This document shows, piece after piece, positions 30,225 to 40,397 of a stretch of DNA of 64,000 bases (positions are counted from its first letter, which is position 1; every line of letters begins with the position of its first letter). Source of the DNA: Terriglobia bacterium. GTDB taxonomy: Bacteria > Acidobacteriota > Terriglobia > JAJPHL01 > JAPKYU01. The notes beneath the pieces were generated by a model that was not told where the DNA came from, ran no database searches, and worked only from the letters and a program-made list of their open reading frames with translations. A program made the position numbers and the translations under genes. The stretch lies in contig CBDCVK010000002.1 in NCBI GenBank assembly GCA_965223005.1, forward strand, positions 128,001 through 192,000, given 5' to 3'.

Positions 30225-32006
30225 ATGGTTGGCTCCAACCTCATACTAGAGTGTCTGCACCGGGAGGGAGCAGACGTCCTGTTTGGTTATCCCGGCGGCG
30301 TGGTCCTGCCTTTCTACGACAAGCTGGTGGGTGCGAAGCATCTGCTGCACGTGCTTGTGCGGCACGAGGAGAACGCCGTCTTTGCCGCCGACGGCTTCGC
30401 ACGAGCCAGCGGCCGGGTTGGTACCGCCATGGCCACCTCAGGCCCCGGGGCCACTAACATGGTGACGGGACTGACCAACGCGTTGATGGACTCCATCCCA
30501 GTGGTGGCGCTGACGGGCCAGGTCTCTACCAGTCTGATTGGCAACGATGCTTTCCAGGAAGCCGATACGGTCGGCATCAGCCGCCCTTGCACCAAGCATA
30601 ACTACCTAGTGAAGGACGTCCGGGAACTGCCGCGGGTGCTTAGAGAAGCCTTCCATATTGCCCGTACCGGCCGTCCTGGGCCAGTGCTGGTGGATGTGCC
30701 CAAGAACGTGTTTCTGGCCGAGGGCGGGGAATTCCGCTACCCAGACACCCTGAACCTGCCGGGCTATAAGCCCACCTATGAAGGTCACGAAGGCCAGATC
30801 AAGAAAGCCGTCCAGACCATCTGGGGGGCGCAGCGGCCGGTGATTTACGCCGGCGGCGGCGTGATCTCTTCCGAGGCCACCCCGCTGCTCAAGGAACTCG
30901 CCGAGATGCTGCAAGTGCCGGTGGGGCTGACGCTGATGGGACTGGGAGCCTTGCCCGGTGACCATCCGCTGTTCAACGGCATGCTAGGTATGCACGGCAC
31001 CTACTCAGCGAACCAGGCAATGGTGGGAACCGACCTGATGATCGCCATCGGCGTGCGGTTTGATGACCGCGTCACCGGCAAGCTGGAGGCTTTCGCCAAG
31101 CACGCCAAGATCATTCACATTGATATTGACCCGGTCGAAATCGGCAAGAACGTGACGGCGGACGTGCCGATCGTGGGCGACGTCAGCCGCGTGCTGACCA
31201 AGCTGAACCGGCGGGTGGCTGACTCGCTGTCGTCGCCACAGGGCGGGCAGAAGCACCTGGCCGAGCGGCAGGCGTGGCTCGAACGGGTGCACGGTTGGCA
31301 GCAAGAGCACCCGCTGGCCTATCAGGACCGGGACGGCGAAATCATGCCACAGCGGCTCTGTCAGGAGATTTCCAGCGCCGTGGACGGTGAGGGCATCATT
31401 GTGACCGACGTGGGACAGCACCAGATGTGGGGCGCGCAGTACATCAAGCTGCGCCACCCGCGCACCTGGCTCACCTCGGGCGGCCTGGGGGCCATGGGCT
31501 ACGGGCTGCCGGCAGCGATCGGCGCGCAATTTGCTCGCCCTGACCGCTGCGTGGTGGCGTTGCTGGGCGATGGCGGCTTCCAGATGAGCCTGCCGGAACT
31601 GGCCACCCTGGTTAGCTACCGCCTGCCCGTCAAGGTCATCGTCATGAACAACCTCTACCTAGGCATGGTGCGCCAGTGGCAGGAGCTCTTCTATGAGGGG
31701 CGCTACTCGTCCGTCGCGCTTGATGTGTTCCCCGACGCGAAAAAGCTGGGCGAAGCCTATGGTTTTCCGGGCCGCGTGGTGACTCATCCGGGGGAGCTGC
31801 GTGATGCCGTCCGGGAGACGCTGGCCGAACCGGGTCCGGTCCTTTTGGATGTGCGGGTGGAGCGGGAAGCAAACGTCTACCCGATGATCCCGGCTGGCGG
31901 CGCCTTGCAGGACATTATCGTGGACGAAAGAGCGGCCCGCAGTCTGACTACGGCGCGGCAGGCGCCGGCCGTAGTCGGTAGTGGCGGAGCCGGAGAGATG
32001 AGTTGA
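30225..32006 (+). CDS. ilvB: Acetolactate synthase large subunit
   Basis: FGYPGG, RHEE, TSGPGATN, GMLGMHG, RFDDRVTG, GDGGFQM TPP motif, LGMVRQWQ. Confidence 0.95.
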   Translation: MVGSNLILECLHREGADVLFGYPGGVVLPFYDKLVGAKHLLHVLVRHEENAVFAADGFARASGRVGTAMATSGPGATNMVTGLTNALMDSIPVVALTGQVSTSLIGNDAFQEADTVGISRPCTKHNYLVKDVRELPRVLREAFHIARTGRPGPVLVDVPKNVFLAEGGEFRYPDTLNLPGYKPTYEGHEGQIKKAVQTIWGAQRPVIYAGGGVISSEATPLLKELAEMLQVPVGLTLMGLGALPGDHPLFNGMLGMHGTYSANQAMVGTDLMIAIGVRFDDRVTGKLEAFAKHAKIIHIDIDPVEIGKNVTADVPIVGDVSRVLTKLNRRVADSLSSPQGGQKHLAERQAWLERVHGWQQEHPLAYQDRDGEIMPQRLCQEISSAVDGEGIIVTDVGQHQMWGAQYIKLRHPRTWLTSGGLGAMGYGLPAAIGAQFARPDRCVVALLGDGGFQMSLPELATLVSYRLPVKVIVMNNLYLGMVRQWQELFYEGRYSSVALDVFPDAKKLGEAYGFPGRVVTHPGELRDAVRETLAEPGPVLLDVRVEREANVYPMIPAGGALQDIIVDERAARSLTTARQAPAVVGSGGAGEMS

Positions 32007-32092
32007 GGGATTTTTACCCGAGGGTGTTTACGAAGAGGCCGTTCTAAAGCGGTTTTGATCTCAATCGCAAGGATAGAGCAAACGAAAGAGCC

Positions 32093-32620
32093 ATGCCGCA
32101 AACCCTATCGGTGCTGGTCGAGAACAAGTCGGGCGTGCTGGCCCGCATTGCTGGGGTGTTCAGTGCCCGCGGCTTTAACATTGAAAGCTTGACGGTGGCC
32201 CGGACTCCGGACCCCTTGCTGTCCCGTATCACCATGGTGGTGGACGTGGAAGATAGGATCCGTGAGCAAGTGCTGAAGCAGCTCAACAAGCAAATCAACG
32301 TGGTCCATGTGCTCGACTTTTCAAGAATGCCCTCTGTGCAACGCGAGCTGGCGCTGATCAAGGTGCATTTGCCCCATGAGCAACGCTCCCGCCTGCTCCA
32401 GGAAGCCGAAGTCTTTCGAGCGCGGGTGGTAGACACCCACCCGGCCAGCATCACGCTGGAAGTGACCGGCGGCGGCGAAAAGCTGAAAGCGCTAGTGCAA
32501 GTTCTGGAACACTACGGGCGCGTGGACATGGTGCGTAGCGGCGCGGTGGCATTGCCGCGTGGCGCTGGCCCCAGCAAGAACGGGGCGGTGAAGACTTCGG
32601 CGGTCGCGGCAGAGAAGTAG
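32093..32620 (+). CDS. ilvN: Acetolactate synthase small subunit
   Basis: LSVLVENKSGVLARIAGVFSARGFNIESL ACT domain; RELALIKV. Confidence 0.95.
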   Translation: MPQTLSVLVENKSGVLARIAGVFSARGFNIESLTVARTPDPLLSRITMVVDVEDRIREQVLKQLNKQINVVHVLDFSRMPSVQRELALIKVHLPHEQRSRLLQEAEVFRARVVDTHPASITLEVTGGGEKLKALVQVLEHYGRVDMVRSGAVALPRGAGPSKNGAVKTSAVAAEK

Positions 32621-32680
32621 CATCCCGTAGCAGCAGGCTTTAGCCTGCCATGTCGGAAGACAGACGGCGAAAAGGAGCCT

Positions 32681-33688
32681 ATGGCGAAAATCTACTACCA
32701 GGGCGACACGGATCGCGCCTTTATCGACAAGAAGACTGTGGCCATCATTGGCTACGGGAGCCAGGGCCACGCGCACGCGCTGAATTTGCGCGATAGCGGG
32801 GTGAAGGTGGTGGTCGGGCTTTACGCTGGCAGCAAGTCGGCGGAGAAAGCCCGCCGGGAGAAGCTGGAGGTGTTGGACGTCGCGGCGGCAGCCGCGCGGG
32901 CCGACGTCATTACCCTCCTGGTGCCGGACGAAAAAGCTCCGGCAGTCTACAGCGAGATGCAACCCCACCTGGGCAAAGGCAAGCTGGTGCTGTTTGCCCA
33001 CGGTTTCAACATTCACTTCAAGCAGGTGGTGCCGTCAGCCGATGTGGACGTTGCGATGGTAGCGCCGAAGGGCCCGGGCCACCGGGTGCGGGAACTGTAC
33101 GTCGAGGGCGTCGGGGTACCGGCCCTGCTGGCCGTGCACCAGGACCCGAGCGGCACCGCCCGCCAGACTGCCCTGGCCTATGCCGACGGGCTGGGCGCCC
33201 TGAAAGCCGGGCTGATCGAGACCACCTTCCAGGAGGAGACCGAAAGTGACCTGTTCGGCGAGCAGGCGGTGCTGTGCGGCGGCACTTCGGCGCTGATCAA
33301 GGCCGCCTTTACGACGCTGGTCGAAGCCGGCTACCAGCCGGAGGTCGCCTACTTCGAGTGCCTGCACGAGTTGAAGCTGATCGTGGACCTGATCCAGCAG
33401 GGCGGCCTGGCCTACATGCGCTACTCGGTGAGCGACACGGCCGAATACGGCGATCTAACCCGCGGTCCAGTGGTTGTTGACGACCACGTTCGCGCCACCA
33501 TGAAGAAGATTCTGGCCGACGTCCAGTCCGGAGCCTTTGCCAAGGAGTGGGTCGAGGAAAACAAGAACGGGCGGCCGAACATGAACCGTCTCCGCAAGCA
33601 GGAGGCCGAGCAGCCGATCGAGCAGGTGGGCAAGAAGCTGCGCGAGATGATGAGCTACCTCGGCAAGAGCGCGGCCGTCTCCCGTTAG
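32681..33688 (+). CDS. ilvC: Ketol-acid reductoisomerase
   Basis: [47 protein letters not shown]. Confidence 0.97.
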   Translation: MAKIYYQGDTDRAFIDKKTVAIIGYGSQGHAHALNLRDSGVKVVVGLYAGSKSAEKARREKLEVLDVAAAAARADVITLLVPDEKAPAVYSEMQPHLGKGKLVLFAHGFNIHFKQVVPSADVDVAMVAPKGPGHRVRELYVEGVGVPALLAVHQDPSGTARQTALAYADGLGALKAGLIETTFQEETESDLFGEQAVLCGGTSALIKAAFTTLVEAGYQPEVAYFECLHELKLIVDLIQQGGLAYMRYSVSDTAEYGDLTRGPVVVDDHVRATMKKILADVQSGAFAKEWVEENKNGRPNMNRLRKQEAEQPIEQVGKKLREMMSYLGKSAAVSR

Positions 33689-33698
33689 GGATTCATTC

Positions 33699-35336
33699 AT
33701 GTCGGAAGAGACCCATCTGGGAGATTTTGTCGAAGTCTACGACACCACGCTACGCGACGGGACCCAGGGCGAAGGCATCTCGTTTTCCGCCGACGACAAG
33801 TTGATGATCGTCCGGCGGCTGGATGAGCTGGGCATCCACTACATTGAGGGCGGCTGGCCAGGTTCCAACCCCAAGGACGAGGAGTTTTTCCGGCGCGCCG
33901 GCGAGCTGCACCTGAAGCATGCCCGGCTGGCCGCCTTCGGCAGCACACGCCATCCCAGGAACGCCATCGAGGACGACCCCAACGTCAGCTCGCTGCTGAA
34001 GGCCAACACGCCCACCGTCACCTTGTTCGGCAAGAGCTGGCGGCTGCACGTGGAGCGGGCTTTGGGCATTACTCTGGAGGAAAACCTGAAGCTGATCTCC
34101 GAGACGGTGTCCTACCTGAAAGCGCACGGCAGGGAGGTCATCTTCGACGCCGAGCACTTCTTCGACGGGTATGCCGCTGACCCCGACTATGCGCTGGGAG
34201 TCCTGGAAGTGGCCCAGGAGGCCGGTGCAGACGCGGTTGTGCTGTGTGACACCAATGGGGGCAGCTTGCCCGAGTTTATTTCGGCGGCGACCGCGGAGGC
34301 CCGGCGGCGGGTCCGGGTGCGTCTGGGCATCCATGCCCACAACGATTGCGAGCTGGGAGTGGCCAACACGCTGGTGGCGGTGCTGGCCGGCGCCACCCAC
34401 ATCCAGGGCACCATCAATGGCTACGGCGAGCGCACCGGTAATGCCAACCTGTGTTCGGTGATCCCGGTGCTGGAGCTGAAGCTGAAGAAACGGTTGGTCG
34501 GACCGGAGAAGCTGCCCAAGCTGCCGGGGGTGGCCCGCTACGTGGCTGAGCTGGCCAACCAGCCGCTGCGCGGCGATATGCCGTTTGTGGGCCGCAGCGC
34601 CTTTGCGCATAAGGGCGGCATCCACGTCAACGCTGTGATGAAGGACACGGCTACCTACGAGCACATCGGCCCGGAGCTGGTAGGCAACCAGCGGCGCGTG
34701 CTGGTCAGCGAGCTGTCCGGCAAGGGTAACGTGCAGTACAGGCTCACTGAGCTAGGTTTCGAGGGCAAGCTCGATGGTGCCAGCGCCGGCGACCTGGTCC
34801 GCCAGGTCAAACAACTGGAATCAATGGGTTATGACCTGGAGGCCGCCGAGGGAACCCTGGAGTTGCTGGCCCACCAGGCCCAGGGAACTCCCACGGAATT
34901 CTTCCGCCTCGGCGAGTTCCGCCTCAGCATCGACAAGAAGGTAGGCGCGCCTCCGCTCTCCCGTGCGTTTCTGCGCCTGGAGGCAGGTGGGCACACCTAC
35001 ACTTCCACCTCAGAGCATATCGGCCCGGTACACGCCCTGGACGATTGCCTGCGCCAGTCGCTTTCGGCACTGTACCCGGGGGTCAAGACCGTGCACCTGA
35101 TTGACTACAAGGTGCGGGTGCTGGGCGCCGCTCACGGCACCGCCTCACGCGTCCGCGTGCTGGTGGAGTCGAGCGACGGGGAAGACACCTGGGTGACCGT
35201 TGGCGTCTCGGAGAACATCATTGAGGCCAGCTGGCAGGCTTTGGCGGGCGCCTACCAGCTCTGGCTGGTCCGCGAAGCCGACAGACACCCCGCGATGAAA
35301 GCCGCGGTCGCCGAGGACTACGCCTGGGGCGTCTGA
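33699..35336 (+). CDS. cimA: Citramalate synthase
   Basis: YDTTLRDGTQGEG, IEGGWPGSNPKD, DAEHFFDG, LCDTNGG, HAHND, GYGERTGNANL. Confidence 0.88.
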   Translation: MSEETHLGDFVEVYDTTLRDGTQGEGISFSADDKLMIVRRLDELGIHYIEGGWPGSNPKDEEFFRRAGELHLKHARLAAFGSTRHPRNAIEDDPNVSSLLKANTPTVTLFGKSWRLHVERALGITLEENLKLISETVSYLKAHGREVIFDAEHFFDGYAADPDYALGVLEVAQEAGADAVVLCDTNGGSLPEFISAATAEARRRVRVRLGIHAHNDCELGVANTLVAVLAGATHIQGTINGYGERTGNANLCSVIPVLELKLKKRLVGPEKLPKLPGVARYVAELANQPLRGDMPFVGRSAFAHKGGIHVNAVMKDTATYEHIGPELVGNQRRVLVSELSGKGNVQYRLTELGFEGKLDGASAGDLVRQVKQLESMGYDLEAAEGTLELLAHQAQGTPTEFFRLGEFRLSIDKKVGAPPLSRAFLRLEAGGHTYTSTSEHIGPVHALDDCLRQSLSALYPGVKTVHLIDYKVRVLGAAHGTASRVRVLVESSDGEDTWVTVGVSENIIEASWQALAGAYQLWLVREADRHPAMKAAVAEDYAWGV

Positions 35337-35443
35337 GGAGTGGGGACGGGTCTGCGGCCTGTCCCGATTGAGGGCTGAGGATTACGGGTCTGAGCGGGCA
35401 AACCCCTTGCTCGCAAAAGACGGGTTTTGGTAGGATAGCAGCG

Positions 35444-35503
35444 ATGTTTTCAACGCGCACAACAGGTACAGCCGTCGCCACCCAAACAGGTGGGTGGGGA
35501 TAG
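35444..35503 (+). CDS. Thr-rich leader peptide MFSTRTTGTAVATQTGGWG (ThrL-like)
   Basis: 19 aa with 6 Thr codons; upstream of aspartate kinase and followed by attenuator hairpins. Confidence 0.8.
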   Translation: MFSTRTTGTAVATQTGGWG

Positions 35504-35540
35504 TGGCCTGAGCGCGCGGGAACACTCAGGAATCAAATCA

Positions 35541-35579
35541 GGCCACGGTCCGAAAACGGGCAGTGGCCATTGTTATTTT
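35541..35579 (+). terminator. Attenuator terminator
   Basis: GGCCAC-GGTCCG-AAAA-CGGGCA-GTGGCC then ATTGTTATTTT; competing pairing of GTGGCCTGA (35503-35511) with TCAGGCCAC (35538-35546). Confidence 0.75.
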
Positions 35580-35662
35580 AGGACGATGCGGACAGCCTGT
35601 TAGATATCCGATTGCCGGTGATACTTCGGGAGCCGAATCTGCCATCCAAACGGAGAGGACGA

Positions 35663-37195
35663 GTGCAAAACAGAACTCCCAAGTCTGAAATCCAGGGTGT
35701 AGAAAATCTTCTAGTGATGAAGTTTGGAGGCACTTCGGTGGGCAGTGCCGAGCGCATCGCAGCCACCGCCGGGCTGATTGCCGAGCACAGCCGGCAGCGG
35801 CCGACGGTGACGGTGGTCTCGGCCATGTCGGGTGTGACGGATCTGCTGGTGCGGGCCGCGCAGGCGGCCGCCTCTGGCGCTAGAGCCGAAATGGAGCAAA
35901 GCCTGGAGGCCGTCCGCCAGCGGAGCAGGGAAACAGCCGGGGAGCTGCTAAGCGGCGAGCCACGCGAAGTTTTTGAGGTGGCCGCGATGAAGATTTCCGG
36001 CGAGGTGGAGAACACCTGCGAAGGAATCGTCCGGCTGGGCCATTGCCCGCCGCGAGCGCTGGATGCGGTGCAGGGCTGCGGAGAGAAACTCAGTGCGCTG
36101 CTGGTGGCCGAGGCTCTAGCCCAAGTAGGGACCCCTGCTCAGGCAATAGACGCCACTACGCTGCTAGTGACCGACGGCAATTTTGGTGAAGCCGCACCGC
36201 TGTTGGAACCGACGGCCGGCAAGCTCCGGCAAGTCCTACCGCCGCTGCTCGGCACCGGCGTCGTGCCGATCATCACCGGGTTCATCGGCGCTACGGTCGA
36301 AGGGACGCCGACCACCCTGGGACGCGGCGGCTCCGATTTCTCTGCCAGCCTGCTGGCCGCCTGCCTGGACGCGGTGGAGGTCATCATCTGGACCGACGTG
36401 GAGGGTATCCTGGGCGCCGACCCCAACCTGGTTCCCCAGGCACGCGTGCTGGAGGCGGTCACCTATCAGGAGGCTGCCGAGCTTTCCTATTATGGCGCCA
36501 AGGTGCTGCACCCGAAGACGCTGGCGCCGCTGGCCGAGCGGGGCATCCCGGTGTGGATCAAGTCCAGTTTTCGCCCCGAGCTGCCCGGCACGGTGATCGC
36601 TCCGCGAGGCGCATTCGGGCTGGACAGCGGTTCTGGCGCCCGCGCCGTCACCGCACTGAAGCGCGCTGTGCTCATCACCATGGAAAGCAGCGGGCAATTG
36701 AGCGTGCTGCGTATCATGAGCCGCGCCATGTCGGTGCTGGCCCACGACCGGGTGGACCTGCTGATGCTGTCGCAGGCCTCGCGCGAAGAGAGCTTTTGTT
36801 TCGCTGTCCAGGAGCGCGCCGCCGCCGCGGTCGAGCGCCGGCTGAAGGAGACGTTCGCCGTCGAGTTGGCCCACGGCTACCTGCGCCCACTGCGGGTGCA
36901 GTCGGGCGTCGCCATCCTGGCACTGGTGGGCAGTGGCATGCGAGGCACGGTGGGCATCTCCGGCAAGCTGTTCGGGGCGCTGTCGGGGGAGGGGATCAAC
37001 GTGATCGCCATCGCTCAGGGCGCCACGGAAACCAACATCTCGGTTGCCGTGGATGAATCCGAGTTGCCGGCGGCGCTACGGGCCGTGCACGCTGCCCTGC
37101 TCGAACTGTCGCCACCCGAGGCACGAGCGCCCGTCACACCCGCTGTTGCCTCCCTGCGAACCGGCCTGCGAACCGGGAGGCGCGGGAAACAATGA
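35663..37195 (+). CDS. Aspartate kinase with two ACT domains
   Basis: VMKFGGTSVG, VVSAMSGVTD, TTLGRGGSDFSA, WTDVEG, GAKVLHP; GTG start after GGAGAGG. Confidence 0.93.
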   Translation: MQNRTPKSEIQGVENLLVMKFGGTSVGSAERIAATAGLIAEHSRQRPTVTVVSAMSGVTDLLVRAAQAAASGARAEMEQSLEAVRQRSRETAGELLSGEPREVFEVAAMKISGEVENTCEGIVRLGHCPPRALDAVQGCGEKLSALLVAEALAQVGTPAQAIDATTLLVTDGNFGEAAPLLEPTAGKLRQVLPPLLGTGVVPIITGFIGATVEGTPTTLGRGGSDFSASLLAACLDAVEVIIWTDVEGILGADPNLVPQARVLEAVTYQEAAELSYYGAKVLHPKTLAPLAERGIPVWIKSSFRPELPGTVIAPRGAFGLDSGSGARAVTALKRAVLITMESSGQLSVLRIMSRAMSVLAHDRVDLLMLSQASREESFCFAVQERAAAAVERRLKETFAVELAHGYLRPLRVQSGVAILALVGSGMRGTVGISGKLFGALSGEGINVIAIAQGATETNISVAVDESELPAALRAVHAALLELSPPEARAPVTPAVASLRTGLRTGRRGKQ

Positions 37196-38595
37196 AGAAC
37201 CAGTCCGCAATCCGCAAGCCGCAATCCGCAACGACGAAAGTCGGAATCGTTGGGTTCGGGACCGTGGGACAGGGCGCGGCGCGCGCGCTCGTGGAGCATC
37301 GGGAGGAGATTCGGGCACGCGCGGGTTTCGAGATTGACATGGCCGTTGTCTGTAGCCGTAACATTCAGCAGCGCGACACAAGCTGGCTGCCCGCCGGCGT
37401 ACGGCGCACCGCGGACTGGCACGATGTAGTCGCCTCGCCCGACGTGGACATCGTTGCCGAACTGGTGGGAGGGACCACAGTGGCGCGCCAGATCGTAACC
37501 GCAGCGCTGGAGGCGGGCAAGCCGGTGGTAACCGCCAACAAGAACCTGATCGCCGAGGCAGGTACGGAACTGGAAGCGCTGGCCCGCGGGCGCGGCGTGG
37601 GCCTGGAGTTTGAGGCAGCGGTGGCCGGCGGCATCCCGGTGCTGGCCGCGGTGCGCGAAGGCCTGGCAGGTGAGCGGATCGAAGCACTGTTCGGCATCCT
37701 CAACGGCACCGCCAATTTCATTCTGACCTCCATGGAGAAGAGCGGAAGGGAGCTAGGCGGTGTCCTGAAAGAAGCGCAGCAGCGCGGCTATGCCGAAGCC
37801 GACCCGACAGCCGATGTGGAGGGCTACGACGCCCGCTACAAACTGGCCATACTGGCGCGGCTGGCCTTTGGCGTTCCCGTTGTCACCGGCGGCATCCCCT
37901 GCCGCGGCATCACGCGGGTCACTCCGCTCGATTTCCGCTACGCCAATCGGCTGGGCTTGACCCTCCGGCTCATCGGCGCCGCCCGGCGAGGAGTTGGCGC
38001 CGGCCTGAACCTTTTCGTGCAACCCTTGCTGATCCCCCAGGATCACGTGCTGGCCAAAGTGGACGGGGCGTACAACGCCGTCTGGGTCCAGGGACGCCGC
38101 GGGGGCGATACGCTCTACTACGGGCGCGGGGCCGGCGGCGACGCCACCGGCATCGCGGTAGTAGCCGACCTGATCCGCACCGCCCGAGACCTGCGCTCCG
38201 GCGCCCAGCGCCGTGTCCCTCCGTTCGGCTACCAGGCGGCGGAGCTCGTTCCTTCGGGGCTCGACACAGCCCCCCCCGGCCTCGGACCGGTGGGGCGACA
38301 CTACCTGCGCTTTGTGGTGCGCGACCGGCCGGGGATCATCGCTGCGCTGGCCGACATCCTGGCGCGCCACAGCATCAACATTGACGCGGTGATCCAGGAG
38401 CGCGGCTGGGACAAGCATCACCTGCCATTTGTGATCACCCTGGAGCCGGCGACACAGGCCAGCGTGCGAGCGGCGCTGGAGGAAATGCAGGGGCTGGACT
38501 TCATGTGCGAGGCGCCGCTGGACCTGGCGATGGAGGAGTTTGCCGACGGCTCGGATCCGGCTGCTTCCGGGACGGAGAGGTCGGTTCAGTCGTAG
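37192..38595 (+). CDS. hom: Homoserine dehydrogenase with ACT domain
   Basis: GFGTVG, VVTANK, FEAAVAGGIP, GILNGTANFIL, GYAEADP, YGRGAG, DRPGII. Confidence 0.95.
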   Translation: MKNQSAIRKPQSATTKVGIVGFGTVGQGAARALVEHREEIRARAGFEIDMAVVCSRNIQQRDTSWLPAGVRRTADWHDVVASPDVDIVAELVGGTTVARQIVTAALEAGKPVVTANKNLIAEAGTELEALARGRGVGLEFEAAVAGGIPVLAAVREGLAGERIEALFGILNGTANFILTSMEKSGRELGGVLKEAQQRGYAEADPTADVEGYDARYKLAILARLAFGVPVVTGGIPCRGITRVTPLDFRYANRLGLTLRLIGAARRGVGAGLNLFVQPLLIPQDHVLAKVDGAYNAVWVQGRRGGDTLYYGRGAGGDATGIAVVADLIRTARDLRSGAQRRVPPFGYQAAELVPSGLDTAPPGLGPVGRHYLRFVVRDRPGIIAALADILARHSINIDAVIQERGWDKHHLPFVITLEPATQASVRAALEEMQGLDFMCEAPLDLAMEEFADGSDPAASGTERSVQS

Positions 38596-38858
38596 GCTAC
38601 CGCTGAAACGATCCCGTTTCGCTTAGGACCCAGGAGCGAACGGTGTGCCCGCGGTAGGTGGCCCAGCGGCCGCCAGCTCCTCAGGCTCACGGCCCCGGGC
38701 TAGAGATGCGGCCGGGTCGCCTTTGCCTCCGACGGTCGCCTGCCTGCTTCGGTAACATCAGAATAAACAATAACTTTAGATGTACTTGAGTAGTTTTCTA
38801 TGCTACGGTTGTCCGACTTCTCTTGCCTGATCTCGTCGGTGGAAGGGGTTGCGAGCCT

Positions 38859-40340
38859 ATGAAGATACAGTTTGTGAATCCTCACAACGACTCGAACATG
38901 TACGCCGCTCCGAAGTTCTTCCGTCACGCCTCGAAGATCTCGAACAGTCTGAACTTTACGGCGGAAGGGGCGTTGTTTCCTCCGTTGAACCTAGCGACCC
39001 TGGCCGCGCTCACCCCGCCCGAACATGAAGTGGCCATTGACGATGGCTGCCTGGGTCCGGTGCCAGCCACAAGGTCGGCCGACCTTGTGGCGATTACTGC
39101 GATGACCGCGCAGGCGCCTTCTGCCTATGCTCTTGCCGACCAGTACCGTGCCAGGGGCATCCCGGTTGTGTTGGGGGGGATTCACCCTTCGATGTGCCCG
39201 GATGAGGCCGCCGAGCACGCCGACTCGGTAGTGTTGGGTGAGGCCGACCAGCTTTGGCCGGATTTGGTCCAGGACTTCGCGAACGGCAGGATGAAGTCAC
39301 GCTATCACGATCCGGAACCCATCGATCTGGCCAAAATTGCGCTTCCACGCAGGGACTTGCTTGACCCGAAGGGCTACGTGATTTTCAATTCCGTGCAAAC
39401 TACCCGCGGATGCCCCTTCAATTGCAACTTCTGCTCGGTCACCACCATGTCGGGCGTCCAATACCGTTTCCGCCCGGTGGAAAAGGTGGTGGAAGAGGTT
39501 CGCGCTTTGGACAGCCGCTTTATCTACTTCGTCGATGACAATATCATCGGGATGCCCCGGAGGGCCAAAGAGCTGTTCAAGGCATTTCGGCCGTTGAAAC
39601 TGGCATGGGCCTCTCAGGTCACTATCAATTTCGCTCGCGACCAGGAGCTGATGCGGTTGGCTAAGGAGAGCGGCTGCTGTGGAGTGTTCATTGGCTTTGA
39701 GACCTTTTCTAATAAGAGCATCCGCGATGCCGGCAAGGGTGTAAACCGGCCCGACGAGTACATGCGCGACATTGCCCGCATCCACGCGGCCGGAATTAAG
39801 GTTTGGGGGTCATTCATTTTCGGCTTTGACAATGATGCCTTGGACGTGTTTCGGGAGACTCTCGAGTTCATCGAGAAGTCCAGGATGGAGTTCGCGCAGT
39901 TCTCGCTGCTGACACCGCTGCCCGGCACGGCCCTGTTCCATCAGTTTGAGGAAGAGCAACGGATCGTTCAGCGGGATTGGTCGAAATACGATCTCGGTTC
40001 GATCGTTTTCAACCATCCTCTGCTCACCGCCGAGCGGCTGCATCATGAGAAGAACCACGCCTGGCGCCGCTTCTACTCCATTCGCTCGATCATCAAGCGG
40101 TTGGGTATGCCGAAGAACCGGGGCGATCTGATCCTCTGGATTGCCAACCTGGCCGTGAATGGCTCTCTAAAATACCGCTGGGGCAAAGATTACTGGACCT
40201 GGAACGGGAACGGCTCCGGCAAGGTGGCGCAGCCTCCCCCCATTTCGCCTCATCATCCAGTCAAAATAGAAGAGGCCGATCGACTGGTGAAGCTTGCCTC
40301 CCCAGCGCGCTACGCGCACGGGTTCGCCAAAGCGCGCTAA
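38859..40340 (+). CDS. B12-binding domain radical SAM protein
   Basis: VVLGGIH, RGCPFNCNFC (CxxxCxxC), FVDDN, LTPLPGT. Confidence 0.9.
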   Translation: MKIQFVNPHNDSNMYAAPKFFRHASKISNSLNFTAEGALFPPLNLATLAALTPPEHEVAIDDGCLGPVPATRSADLVAITAMTAQAPSAYALADQYRARGIPVVLGGIHPSMCPDEAAEHADSVVLGEADQLWPDLVQDFANGRMKSRYHDPEPIDLAKIALPRRDLLDPKGYVIFNSVQTTRGCPFNCNFCSVTTMSGVQYRFRPVEKVVEEVRALDSRFIYFVDDNIIGMPRRAKELFKAFRPLKLAWASQVTINFARDQELMRLAKESGCCGVFIGFETFSNKSIRDAGKGVNRPDEYMRDIARIHAAGIKVWGSFIFGFDNDALDVFRETLEFIEKSRMEFAQFSLLTPLPGTALFHQFEEEQRIVQRDWSKYDLGSIVFNHPLLTAERLHHEKNHAWRRFYSIRSIIKRLGMPKNRGDLILWIANLAVNGSLKYRWGKDYWTWNGNGSGKVAQPPPISPHHPVKIEEADRLVKLASPARYAHGFAKAR

Positions 40341-40397
40341 GCCTGTACTGTTTTTAGAAACTCGCTTGGCCCTCTGGGAAAATCTGGCGAACAATCC

